64,000 nucleotides of DNA from Candidatus Eiseniibacteriota bacterium (lineage in GTDB: Bacteria > Eisenbacteria > RBG-16-71-46 > JABDJR01), in contig CAWANH010000028.1 in the NCBI GenBank assembly GCA_963783375.1, positions 1,472,001-1,536,000 of the forward strand, given 5' to 3'. A program made the position numbers and the translations under genes. Under the pieces are notes generated by a model. It saw nothing but the letters and a program-made list of their open reading frames with translations. It was not told the DNA's origin and ran no database searches. Shown one piece after another: positions 49,962-57,691 of the stretch (its first letter is position 1; the number at the start of each line of letters is the position of its first letter).

Positions 49962-51005
49962 ATGCCCGAGGCGATCCGCTACGCACCGCTCCCCCCGTCG
50001 GGATCCGGGACCATGGAGCTGGTTCTGGGCGAGGGAACTCCGGAGGAGCGGCGATTTCCCTTCGATGCTCGTCTCCAGATCGGTCGGGGCGTCGGAGGCG
50101 GAACGCCGCTGCCCGGGGTGCTGGCCATCGACGACCCCACGGTTTCCTCCCGCCACTGCGTCCTCAACCGGACTCCCGACGGCCGTTGTTTCGTGCGGGA
50201 CCTGAGCCGGAACGGAACCAAGGTGGACGGCCGGCGCCTGGTCCCGAACGTCGAGGTGGAGCTTCGGGTGGGAGACGTGCTGACGGTGGGGGAGGGGCAC
50301 GCGTTCCGTCTCCGGGGGGACCCGGCGGGAGCCGCCGCGGCCGGCGCCGCGGAATTGCCGGGAACGCTCCTCGCCTCCGGCATCACCGAGGCCACGGTGC
50401 TGGTGGGGGACATACGGGACTACACCCGCCTCATGCGAACGGCCTCCTCCTCGAGTACGCAGCAATCGGTGGTCCGGGTGTTCGCGGAGCTGGAAAAGAA
50501 GGTGGTTGAGTACGGGGGCACGGTCAAGGAGTATCAGGGGGATGCGGTGTTCGCGTTCTGGGAGGAGGGTCCCGCGGCTCCCTCGGCGGCGGCGGCCTGC
50601 CGGGCCGCCCTCGCCCTCGAGGAGGAGGGCCGCCGGTTGGCCGCGAACCGCTCGGTCTGGGACGTGGAGGGATTTCCCCTGGGTCTCGACTGGGCCCTGG
50701 CCACCGGATCGGTGATCATCGCCAGCATGGGAGGCGAGCGGCCGATCGGTCTCTCCATGGTCGGAGAGCCGGTGGTGCGCGCCTTCCGTCTGGAGAAGTT
50801 CGCCGACCGGGAGACCGGGCCGATCCTGGTGTGTCGCACCACCCGGGAGCGGGCGGGGAAGGAGTTCCGGTTCCGCGATCTGGGGGAACGACTGGCCGCC
50901 GGATTCGATGCTCCGGAGCCGATCTACGCCCTCCTGGGTCCGGCCGGGGAGCCGGAACCCGGCAACGACCCGCGTGAGGATACCCTCGGGAGACAAGAAC
51001 CGTGA
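49962..51005 (+). CDS. FHA domain + class III nucleotidyl cyclase
   Basis: FHA motifs IGR, VSSRH and DLSRNGT. Cyclase motifs VGDIRDYT, KEYQGDAV and GEPVVRAFRLE. Confidence 0.88.
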   Translation: MPEAIRYAPLPPSGSGTMELVLGEGTPEERRFPFDARLQIGRGVGGGTPLPGVLAIDDPTVSSRHCVLNRTPDGRCFVRDLSRNGTKVDGRRLVPNVEVELRVGDVLTVGEGHAFRLRGDPAGAAAAGAAELPGTLLASGITEATVLVGDIRDYTRLMRTASSSSTQQSVVRVFAELEKKVVEYGGTVKEYQGDAVFAFWEEGPAAPSAAAACRAALALEEEGRRLAANRSVWDVEGFPLGLDWALATGSVIIASMGGERPIGLSMVGEPVVRAFRLEKFADRETGPILVCRTTRERAGKEFRFRDLGERLAAGFDAPEPIYALLGPAGEPEPGNDPREDTLGRQEP

Positions 51006-51787
51006 GGATCCGGATCCTTCCCTCCGCGTCCGAGAGCGCGGCCCAGAACCACTATCTCACCTCGTTCCTGGTGAACGACGAGCTGGCGGTGGACGCCGGC
51101 TCGTTGGGGATCTATCGGGAGCCCCGGGATCAGGCGCGGGTGGATCACGTCTTCCTCACCCATACCCATGCCGATCACATCGGAACCCTCCCGGTGTTCG
51201 TGGGGAACCGTCACGGGTATCCGGTCGACGAGGGAGGGGAAAGCGCGCCGCCGGTGGTGATCCACGGCTCATCCGAAGTGTTGCGCTCGCTCAAGTCCGA
51301 CGTGTTCAACGACCGGGTATGGCCCGACCCCGAGCGGATTTCGGAGCCGGGGCGGCCGATCCTGGTGTTTTCCCCCCTGCACCCCGAGACCCCGGTGGAA
51401 GCGGGGGGGCTTCGGGTCACCCCGGTCCCGGTGGACCACGTGGTGCCGACGATGGGGCTCATCGTGGACGACGGCGTCTCGGCGGTGGTATTCGGCGGGG
51501 ATTCCGGTCCCACCGATCGCATCTGGGAGCTGGCCCGCGGCCTCCCTCATCTCCGCGCGATCTTCCTCGAAGCGACCTTTCCCGACGCGTTGGTCGATCT
51601 GGCCGGCATCACCGGGCACCTGACGCCCCGCCTCTTCCGGGAGGAGGTGTCCAAGTGTCCCGGCCAGGTGGCGGTGGTGGCGGTCCACATCCGACCCCGC
51701 TATCGTCGCGACGTCGAACAGGAGCTTCTGGAACTCGGGATTTCCCGGCTGATCCTGGGCGAGCCCGGCCGGGAGTACCGCTTCTGA
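51002..51787 (+). CDS. 3',5'-cyclic-nucleotide phosphodiesterase (MBL fold, class II-like)
   Basis: LTSFLVND.LAVDAG, THTHADH, DVFNDRVWPD, VDHVVP, GDSGPT, EATFP and GHLTP. Confidence 0.85.
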   Translation: MRIRILPSASESAAQNHYLTSFLVNDELAVDAGSLGIYREPRDQARVDHVFLTHTHADHIGTLPVFVGNRHGYPVDEGGESAPPVVIHGSSEVLRSLKSDVFNDRVWPDPERISEPGRPILVFSPLHPETPVEAGGLRVTPVPVDHVVPTMGLIVDDGVSAVVFGGDSGPTDRIWELARGLPHLRAIFLEATFPDALVDLAGITGHLTPRLFREEVSKCPGQVAVVAVHIRPRYRRDVEQELLELGISRLILGEPGREYRF

Positions 51788-51960
51788 GCCGAGCTTCCCG
51801 GCCCGTCGAGGGGCCGGAACCCCTCCCGGTGTCCCTTCCCGTTCGGACCCTCCCCCCCGGATGTCCCCAACGGTACGCCGCTCGAACCGGGCCGAGCCGT
51901 CCGGTTTTCCAACTACTTGTCGTTCAATCAATTAAGGCCGCACCGGGCGGGTGGTCGGAT

Positions 51961-51976
51961 TGGCACCGGGGTTGCA
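51961..51976 (+). promoter_or_regulatory. Sigma54 promoter
   Basis: TGGCACCGGGGTTGCA is a near-perfect consensus, with an IHF-like box at 51910-51934. Confidence 0.85.
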
Positions 51977-52063
51977 ATCCAATCGGACATCCAGGGGTGG
52001 AACGAACCCGGGCCTTCCGAGCGGAGGCCGGTCAAGACGACACACGTGACGGAGGACCCAACC

Positions 52064-53233
52064 ATGAAATGGACCACGAGGCGGCTTTGGGCCGTTGGAT
52101 TCTGGAGCGCGGCGGCGACGGCTTTGGTGATCGCGGGGTGCGGGCAGGAAGCCGCCGCGCCGGCCGCCTGGACCGGCTACAACGAGCCGGCGACCGAGAT
52201 GTCGATCGATCTGGCCCGGGTGGACGGGGGGATGAGCGTTGCGGACGAGAGTCCCGGATTCGGGGACGGTTACTTCCGGTCGTTCCTGGGGGACGATCAA
52301 CCGCTTTCGTTTTCGGATCCCTTGGAGCGGGACCCGCGGATGACCGGTCTCGAGAACCGAAACGGAGCCTCCGTTCAATACCTGCGCGTCATCTGGGGAG
52401 ATCTCGAGCGCGGGCCGGAAGCGGCTTCGGGAGACACTTCCGCGGGTTCCGTTCTGGACTGGACCGGCGGGGCCTCGGTGTCCGACGGGCTCCTCCTGCC
52501 GATGGGCACCCTGGGCTTCGAGCGCGCCGACCGGCTCGTCCGGCCCCGAACCGACCGGCAGGTCGTGGAATGGGTCTCCCATACCGGGCCCTGCTGGGAC
52601 GGGGTCATTCTCAAGATCCTGGTGCCCCCGGCACATGACACCACCTTCGCCGCCAATCGCAAGAGCGCCAAGGGAGACGGGTTGACCGCGGACGATCTCT
52701 TCACCTTCACCACCGGACCGCTTACCGTGTCTTTCCCCATCGACGGGATCTCGGATCTCGATTCAACGGTGTGGATCGACGACACCCACGGGGTGAGCTT
52801 CAGTGGATTCGAGCGCGGAGACGTGGATCTCTGCCCCCGGGGCGGGATGCTGGGAGCGTGGGTCGAGGTGGCGGACGATTCCCTTCAGGGCGGGTTCTTC
52901 CGGGCCAAATGGGTCAATCCCCTCGGCCGCCTGCAGGGACAGGTCCGAGGCCGCTGGGGCGTGCTCCCCGACAGCGGGCAGGTCTTCGTGGGCAAGATCA
53001 TCGGCCCCCAGGGGCGCTATCTCGGACACGTCCGGGGCCGGTGGGAAGAGAGTCCCGACCATCCCGGCCACGGCCTCTTCCGCGGAGTCTGGTTCACGGT
53101 CAATCGCGACAGCAGCCGCACCGCGGTGGGGCAGGTGCGCGGGGTCTGGGGGGTGAGCGACCGGGTCGACGACGGAGGATTCCTCCGCGGGTTGTGGATG
53201 AAGGATTGCGCGCGCGACGCGGGCGGCGCCTGA
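52064..53233 (+). CDS. Lipoprotein of unknown function with C-terminal Gly/Trp-rich beta repeats
   Basis: Lipobox IAGC and repeated GxF/VRGxW units. RBS GGAGG. Confidence 0.8.
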   Translation: MKWTTRRLWAVGFWSAAATALVIAGCGQEAAAPAAWTGYNEPATEMSIDLARVDGGMSVADESPGFGDGYFRSFLGDDQPLSFSDPLERDPRMTGLENRNGASVQYLRVIWGDLERGPEAASGDTSAGSVLDWTGGASVSDGLLLPMGTLGFERADRLVRPRTDRQVVEWVSHTGPCWDGVILKILVPPAHDTTFAANRKSAKGDGLTADDLFTFTTGPLTVSFPIDGISDLDSTVWIDDTHGVSFSGFERGDVDLCPRGGMLGAWVEVADDSLQGGFFRAKWVNPLGRLQGQVRGRWGVLPDSGQVFVGKIIGPQGRYLGHVRGRWEESPDHPGHGLFRGVWFTVNRDSSRTAVGQVRGVWGVSDRVDDGGFLRGLWMKDCARDAGGA

Positions 53234-53295
53234 GAGAGAAGCGCCGGGGCGTCGTTCGCCCGGGCGAGAGCATCGGGAACCTGCCGATGAGGCGG

Positions 53296-53326
53296 GAGGG
53301 CGGCCCCCATTGGGCCGCCCTCTTTC
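53296..53326 (+). terminator. Intrinsic terminator
   Basis: GAGGGCGGCCC-CCATT-GGGCCGCCCTC followed by TTT. Confidence 0.7.
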
Positions 53327-53487
53327 CTTGCCGGGACACGAATGCAGACTCGATCCGACGCGCGCCGCGGTCGGAGTGAACCGGGCGCGGTCGGGTTCCC
53401 TGCGTGCTATCCTCACCCCTCGACCGGAGCATCGACGAAAGCAGTGATTCACGCGCGATCCGGACCGATTCCCCGCGAGGAGACACC

Positions 53488-53967
53488 GTGGAATCCAAAG
53501 CGCCGCGTCTCGGCTGGGACCAGTACTTCATGCAGATTTGCCGGGTGGTGGCCAGCCGATCCACCTGCAATCGGGCCGCGGTGGGAGCGGTCATCGTGCG
53601 TGAGCGCACCATTCTGGCCACCGGCTACAACGGCTCGCCCGCCGGACTCCCCCATTGCACCGAGGTGGGCTGCCTCATCTATACCTCCGAAACGCCCGGC
53701 GGCGGGACCGAGGAGAACTGTTTCCGGACCATCCACGCCGAGATCAACGCCATCGCCCAGGCGGCGCGGAACGGGGTGTCCATCGCCGGGAGCCACGTCT
53801 ACATCACGCACAGTCCGTGCATCCATTGCCTGAAGACCCTGATCAATACCGGCATCCGGCGGGTGTGCTACGAAAAGCCCTACAAGCTGGAGCGGGTCGA
53901 GGAGATGGTTGGCCAGTCCGGCGTCGTCCTCGAACAGGTGCCGATGGAGGGGGTTTCGGGCTTCTAG
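53488..53967 (+). CDS. dCMP deaminase (ComEB-like)
   Basis: WDQYFM, RSTC, TGYNG, HAEINA and PCIHC. Confidence 0.93.
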   Translation: MESKAPRLGWDQYFMQICRVVASRSTCNRAAVGAVIVRERTILATGYNGSPAGLPHCTEVGCLIYTSETPGGGTEENCFRTIHAEINAIAQAARNGVSIAGSHVYITHSPCIHCLKTLINTGIRRVCYEKPYKLERVEEMVGQSGVVLEQVPMEGVSGF

Positions 53968-53993
53968 CCCGGCGTCCCCGCTTCAGCCGACGC

Positions 53994-55286
53994 TCAGTCC
54001 CCGACCCGCGGCGCCTCGTAGGTCGCGTCGCACTTCAGGTCGTAGGCGTAGGGGCTCGTCCAGAGATCGTTGAAGTCGCGATCCAGCTCCGCGGGAAGCT
54101 CCCGTCCGTGGACGATCACCCCCACGTTCCGGGTGGCGTAGAAGTAGGTCTTTTCCCAATTCGAGGTGCCCAGCCAGCAGACGTCGCCGTCCACCGTGAG
54201 GTACTTGGCGTGGGTGACGCGGGCATAGGGAATGAAGCCCGATGCGGCCTGCGGGATGGTCACCAACCGCACCGAGAGACCTGGGATCACCACCAGGCTC
54301 TTCAGGTGGTCGATGACCGGCTTCCGCTTGGACCAGTCGGCGACCATCAGCTCCACCTTCACCCCGCGCACCGCGGCCCGGCGGAGGGCGTCGTCAAGCT
54401 CCGGCCAGTACACGTCGTTCCGGGCCACCGGGCTGTAGGTGAGGACGGTCACGTGGATGGAGTCTTGCGCTGCGTCCAGGGCGTCGATGATCCGGGGGAG
54501 GTCCCAGGTGGTGCTGTCGGGGAGGAAGCCGGTGGGGCTCATGGCCGGCCAGAGCCGCGCCGTATCTCCCGAGGCCTCGACGTAGGGATAGGGTGGCGAA
54601 GCGGCGGTGGGCGGCCCCGGGGACGCCGTCCCCGCGGCGGGCTCGCCCGAACCCAACCTCTCGGCCACGCTCCAATCCATCTCGAACACCCGATCCAGCA
54701 CCCGGGCGTAGTCCGGAATCCGGATCCTGAGGCCGATCTCGTGGATGTGCTCCAGGGAGCGCCAGTCCATGTTCTGGCTCCCGATATAGGCCTCGGCGCC
54801 GTCGACCACGAAGTACTTGGCGTGCATGACCCCGCCGGTCAGGTTCCGGTAGTCGATCAGCCGCACTTCGACTCCCGGGGCCTTGGACAACCGGTCGAGG
54901 GTGTGGGGGTAGGTCTTGTAGAACCCCGCGTCGGCCAGGACCCGGACCGCCACCCCGCGGGCCCCCGCCTCCTCCATGGCCCGGATCACCGGCTCCAGCC
55001 GGCTCCCGGGCTCGTTGGAGTAGTAGAAGCTGGCCACGTCGAGCCGCTCCCCGGCCCCGGCGAACATCTCCGGCCAGAGTTGCCAGGCATCGGGGACGTC
55101 GGGGTGGTTCAGGCTCGTCCCGGTCGGCGCGGTCTCGACCAGGGTCACCGCCGGGGGGACTGCGGCGGCCGCGCCCCCGGCCGAGAGCGCAAGGAACGCG
55201 GGGCCGGCGGAAAGAATCGCGACAAGGCCGGCCAAGGCGGCCGGAAGCCGTCGACGAAGGACCGGGGCCGGGCTGGTGTTCACCAC
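53994..55286 (-). CDS. Secreted phospholipase D-family protein
   Basis: Two HKD motifs (HAKYFVVD...GSQN and HAKYLTVD...GTSN) and a signal peptide. Confidence 0.9.
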   Translation of the reverse strand: MVNTSPAPVLRRRLPAALAGLVAILSAGPAFLALSAGGAAAAVPPAVTLVETAPTGTSLNHPDVPDAWQLWPEMFAGAGERLDVASFYYSNEPGSRLEPVIRAMEEAGARGVAVRVLADAGFYKTYPHTLDRLSKAPGVEVRLIDYRNLTGGVMHAKYFVVDGAEAYIGSQNMDWRSLEHIHEIGLRIRIPDYARVLDRVFEMDWSVAERLGSGEPAAGTASPGPPTAASPPYPYVEASGDTARLWPAMSPTGFLPDSTTWDLPRIIDALDAAQDSIHVTVLTYSPVARNDVYWPELDDALRRAAVRGVKVELMVADWSKRKPVIDHLKSLVVIPGLSVRLVTIPQAASGFIPYARVTHAKYLTVDGDVCWLGTSNWEKTYFYATRNVGVIVHGRELPAELDRDFNDLWTSPYAYDLKCDATYEAPRVGD

Positions 55287-55359
55287 AAACCTCCGTTAGA
55301 TTGAAACCGTCGCTCGAACGAGGGTTCGATGATACGCGCTTCCATTCCCGGAGGGGAAC

Positions 55360-56652
55360 ATGGCGAAACACGGCGGAAGTTTCGCTCCGGCAACGTTCCG
55401 GATCCTGGCCGGCCTCCTCGCGATCCTGTCGCTCCTGGTCCCTCTCGCACCGGGGGCCCAGACCCGGACGGTCTGGGACAAGTTCCGCCGTGGGCCGACC
55501 GGCCCCATCGTCTACCCGGAGATCCAGGTCGAGGCGGCGTGGTTGCGGGAGCATCTCGACCGGGTGCGGGTCGTGGACGCGCGGGAGGGCGGCCGGTTCG
55601 CCCGGGGGCATGTCCCCGGCGCGGCGTCCTTTCCGTCCGCATCCTTCGACGGCGATCCGTGGCGCCTGGCCGACCTCCTGGCTCACGCGGGCGTTCCCTC
55701 CGAGGGAACCGTGGTGTGCGTATCCGACCGTGAGGATCCCGCCGCCGCGGGTCGTCTCTTCTGGATCCTGGAACTGGCGGGCCAGGGCGACCCCCGGGTT
55801 CTGGACGGCGGGCTCGAAGCCTGGATCGCCGCCGCCGGGGACCTCGAGCGCGGGGCGAAGGCGCCTCCCTCCGCCGCCTTCCGCGCCGCTCCCGACACCT
55901 CCCGGATCGCCGACTATGCGTACGTGAAGGCGTGTTTCGGAACTCCGAGGGCCAACGTGCTCGATTGGCGGGCGGCTCAGGTCTGGGCCGACGGCCACAT
56001 CCCGCACAGCCTGCCCTTTCCACTCGGTGAGCTGGTCACCGGTGAAGGGCGGATCCTCTCCGGGAAGGCCATGCGACCGCTCTTCGAGCAATGGGGCCCG
56101 AGGCCTCGGGAGACCGTCGACCTCTCCGCGGAGCTGATCGTGTGCGGGGACGCGCCCCCGGGAGCGGTGCCGGTGGATCCCTACTTCGCCGCCCGGCTGG
56201 CGGGTATCGAGCACGTCCGGGTCTATCCGGAAGGGTTCGCGGGCTGGCGCGCCCACGGCGACGCCCCCGTGGTCCGGCTCGTCAACGCGGAGGAGGTGAG
56301 GCGCGACCTGCATCGCGAGTGGAAGGGGACGCTGCGTGATCTCCCTCCTCCCGACCTCATCCTCTTCGACGTTCGGGGGGAGCGGGACTATCTCTCCGGC
56401 CATCTTCCCGGGGCGGTTAACCTCGCCCCCCACCTCTTCGAGGCGCAGCTCGAGGGCACGGTGGCCGCCTTCTGGCCCGGTGCGGACCGGTCCACCATCC
56501 CGGTGGTGTTCTATTGCTACGGCCCCGGCTGCACCCGGAGCCGGAACTGCTCCACCATGGCCGCCCGGCACGGGTTCCAGAATCTCCTCTGGTTCAAGGA
56601 CGGGACCGCGGGGTGGAGAAGCGCGGGCGAAGAGCTGGTGCGGGGGCGTTGA
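55360..56652 (+). CDS. Exported multi-rhodanese (sulfurtransferase-like) protein
   Basis: Three rhodanese domains (GHVPGA, GHIPHS, GHLPGA), FYCYGPGCTRS and a signal peptide. Confidence 0.85.
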   Translation: MAKHGGSFAPATFRILAGLLAILSLLVPLAPGAQTRTVWDKFRRGPTGPIVYPEIQVEAAWLREHLDRVRVVDAREGGRFARGHVPGAASFPSASFDGDPWRLADLLAHAGVPSEGTVVCVSDREDPAAAGRLFWILELAGQGDPRVLDGGLEAWIAAAGDLERGAKAPPSAAFRAAPDTSRIADYAYVKACFGTPRANVLDWRAAQVWADGHIPHSLPFPLGELVTGEGRILSGKAMRPLFEQWGPRPRETVDLSAELIVCGDAPPGAVPVDPYFAARLAGIEHVRVYPEGFAGWRAHGDAPVVRLVNAEEVRRDLHREWKGTLRDLPPPDLILFDVRGERDYLSGHLPGAVNLAPHLFEAQLEGTVAAFWPGADRSTIPVVFYCYGPGCTRSRNCSTMAARHGFQNLLWFKDGTAGWRSAGEELVRGR

Positions 56653-56733
56653 AGGGTGGAAACCAGGGCCCACCCGGTCTCCCGGGCGGGCCCTCGTTGG
56701 TCGATGCGATCGCTCGGACTCCGCAGAAGGGGT

Positions 56734-57387
56734 TCAGCTCTTGAAGAGGTTCTTCAGGAGCCCCCAGGTGGTCTGCCGGTTCGGCACGCTGCTTCCCGGC
56801 TCGATGATGATATTGCAGCCGATCCGGTCGATGTGGTACTCGCGTACGATCCCATCCGTGCCCCCGGAGTAGACCAGGTCGCACGGGCTCAGGACGCCGT
56901 CCCCGTTGTCCTGGAAATCGTCCACGTGGGTCTCGGCGCAGAAGTTCGGATAGACCTCGTGCCAGGTCTCGCAGACCGGACTCTGGGGGTTGGGATCGGC
57001 GGTGGGTTCGTAGATCACCTCCTGGGTCTGCCCGGTGGGATCGGTGCACGTCGTGAAATAGGTCGGCCCGGCCCAGGTGATGTGGTATTCCATGCCGTTC
57101 AGGACGATGATGTCGCAGGCGGAGATCACCCCGTCGCCGTTGTCCCGGTAGTCATCCTGGCTCCAGTCCCCGCAGTAGTTGGGCCAGAGCTCGTGCCAGC
57201 GGGAACCGGGAGGCGGCACGTCTCCGATGGCCAGGCCGGTCACGCCGGGGGTTGGCGCCGGAGTCTGGAGATCGAGGTAGATATCCTGGGCCACCGCCTG
57301 GGTTTCGGAGTGGACCGGGATGAGGAAGAAGGAGAGCACGATCGCGGTGGCCAAGACCGCCGCTAGGGGTAGCCGTCTGGTCCTCAT
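56734..57387 (-). CDS. Secreted Cys-rich two-repeat protein with a C-terminal TWGxxKxxF motif
   Basis: Signal peptide, two WHExxPNxC...DNGDGVxSxCD...EYHI repeats, and the tail TTWGLLKNLFKS. AAGGAG RBS on the minus strand. Confidence 0.82.
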   Translation of the reverse strand: MRTRRLPLAAVLATAIVLSFFLIPVHSETQAVAQDIYLDLQTPAPTPGVTGLAIGDVPPPGSRWHELWPNYCGDWSQDDYRDNGDGVISACDIIVLNGMEYHITWAGPTYFTTCTDPTGQTQEVIYEPTADPNPQSPVCETWHEVYPNFCAETHVDDFQDNGDGVLSPCDLVYSGGTDGIVREYHIDRIGCNIIIEPGSSVPNRQTTWGLLKNLFKS

Positions 57388-57438
57388 GGGGCAGCTCCTT
57401 TCTCGAAATCGGAGAATTTCACCGAAGCCTGAAACGGC

Positions 57439-57457
57439 CATAATGATAATTAATTCG
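57439..57457. promoter_or_regulatory. Fur-box-like sequence between divergent genes
   Basis: CATAATGATAATTAATTCG, 13/19 match to the Fur consensus, in an AT-rich patch. Confidence 0.35.
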
Positions 57458-57691
57458 TGTGTGTAATTCAATACCGATTTGGTCGGCCGCTCCGCGCCGT
57501 CGCGATGGGCGGCGAGTCCGGGCCCGGTCGATCGGTCCCACCCGGGGCCGGTCCGCGTATGACATCCAGTTGGAGAGCCGGTTTCCGGATCGGAGGACCG
57601 GCCCGGAGCGGGGAAGGGTGGGGGAAATGACCCGGCCTCGGGACGGCCGCATCCGCGCCGACCGTCCCGGAACCGGCCCGAGGAGGAACGC

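Noticed and set aside
48212-51787. Calling the cyclase locus a Pycsar anti-phage system
   Set aside because: The cNMP protein has no TM or TIR effector domain, the cyclase carries an FHA domain, a degrading PDE is co-encoded, and there is no defence-island context.
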